Positions 24,912 through 25,191 of a DNA stretch of 25,191 nt are shown one piece after another. The notes under the pieces are model-generated. The model worked only from the letters and a program-made list of their open reading frames with translations. It did not search any database and was not told where the DNA came from. A program made the translations under genes and the position numbers. The DNA is from a virus. Lineage: Duplodnaviria > Caudoviricetes. The stretch lies in the IMG/VR virus record IMGVR_UViG_3300047461_000116, positions 1-25,191 of that record. The stretch is one strand, 5' to 3'. Position 1 is the first letter of the stretch, and each line of letters starts with the position of its first letter.

Positions 24912-25191
24912 TCAATAAATTCTAAAACCAGTACCACGTCCAGCCCGCATTTCCAACAGGCTGAATTGTTTCCATACCAAGTAACCCAGCGCATCGACCA
25001 TGTGGTCATACCCTGCGTCTTTATCTGGGTCGCCTGCTTCCGTATAAGACTGCAGTTCGAGGCACTCGATCAGCTTGGTGCAGTGCTTCGCTACTTGCAA
25101 TCTGACTTCCCCTTTGCCGTTCTCCAAAGCAGCTTGAACAGTAGAAACCCGATCGCGGACGGGAGGATTTGACCGACCCGACTGGTTAATG
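24912..25191 (-). CDS. terL: Terminase large subunit, C-terminal nuclease end (5'-partial)
   Basis: Frame is open to the window edge: INQSGRSNPPVRDRVSTVQAALENGKGE...CTKLIECLE....DPDKDAGYDHMVDALGYL; DH..DAL.Y is the TerL RNase H-like motif. Confidence 0.9.
   Translation of the reverse strand, partial: INQSGRSNPPVRDRVSTVQAALENGKGEVRLQVAKHCTKLIECLELQSYTEAGDPDKDAGYDHMVDALGYLVWKQFSLLEMRAGRGTGFRIY

Larger units (their letters stand above)
1..25191 (-). mobile_element. Segment of a tailed (sipho-like) phage/prophage: complete head and tail morphogenesis module, probably a marine cyanophage
   Basis: Contiguous minus-strand genes with ATGA/TGATG/TAATG overlaps in the canonical terminase-portal-scaffold-capsid-neck-tail-TMP-tip-fibre order; cyAbrB suggests a cyanobacterial host. 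No integrase or att site is visible, so prophage versus free phage is unresolved. Confidence 0.95.

Noticed and set aside
756-25009. Short alternate-frame minus-strand ORFs nested in larger genes (e.g. 756..938, 11518..11865, 15479..15808, 18821..19066)
   Set aside because: Largely or wholly inside recognised CDSs, with no motif or coupling evidence.
24912-25127. Standalone 71-aa protein as given in the track
   Set aside because: The frame stays open to the window edge; it is the TerL C-terminus.
1266-25172. All plus-strand ORFs in the track (e.g. 2291..2569, 12933..13331, 17270..17719, 19105..19506, 22147..22551)
   Set aside because: Antisense shadows of well-supported minus-strand genes; no recognisable motifs.
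1-25191. CRISPR array, tRNA/rRNA, integrase, lysis genes
   Set aside because: None seen; intergenic gaps are under 80 nt and lack such patterns.

Overview
The whole window is one co-oriented (minus-strand) virion morphogenesis operon of a long-tailed (siphovirus-type) phage or prophage. It probably infects a marine picocyanobacterium, since it carries a cyanobacterial-type AbrB gene. Read from high to low coordinate: terminase large subunit (3' end), a very basic 372-aa protein plus two microproteins, cyAbrB, portal, gpF/gp7-like minor head protein, small basic proteins, scaffold, major capsid, decoration protein, head-tail/neck genes, tail terminator, tail tube, tail assembly chaperone with a -1 frameshift, tape measure, hub/NlpC/J-like tip, Dit-like protein, two further tail-tube paralogs and two fibre genes (the last runs off the window). 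Family calls come from motif recognition and synteny, not database searches. The most notable unexplained structure is non-coding: four CUGUG-pentaloop hairpins at the scaffold start and capsid leader, a leader motif shared by the portal and scaffold genes, and several hairpins that embed upstream stop codons. Together these suggest an RNA-level system controlling virion protein stoichiometry.
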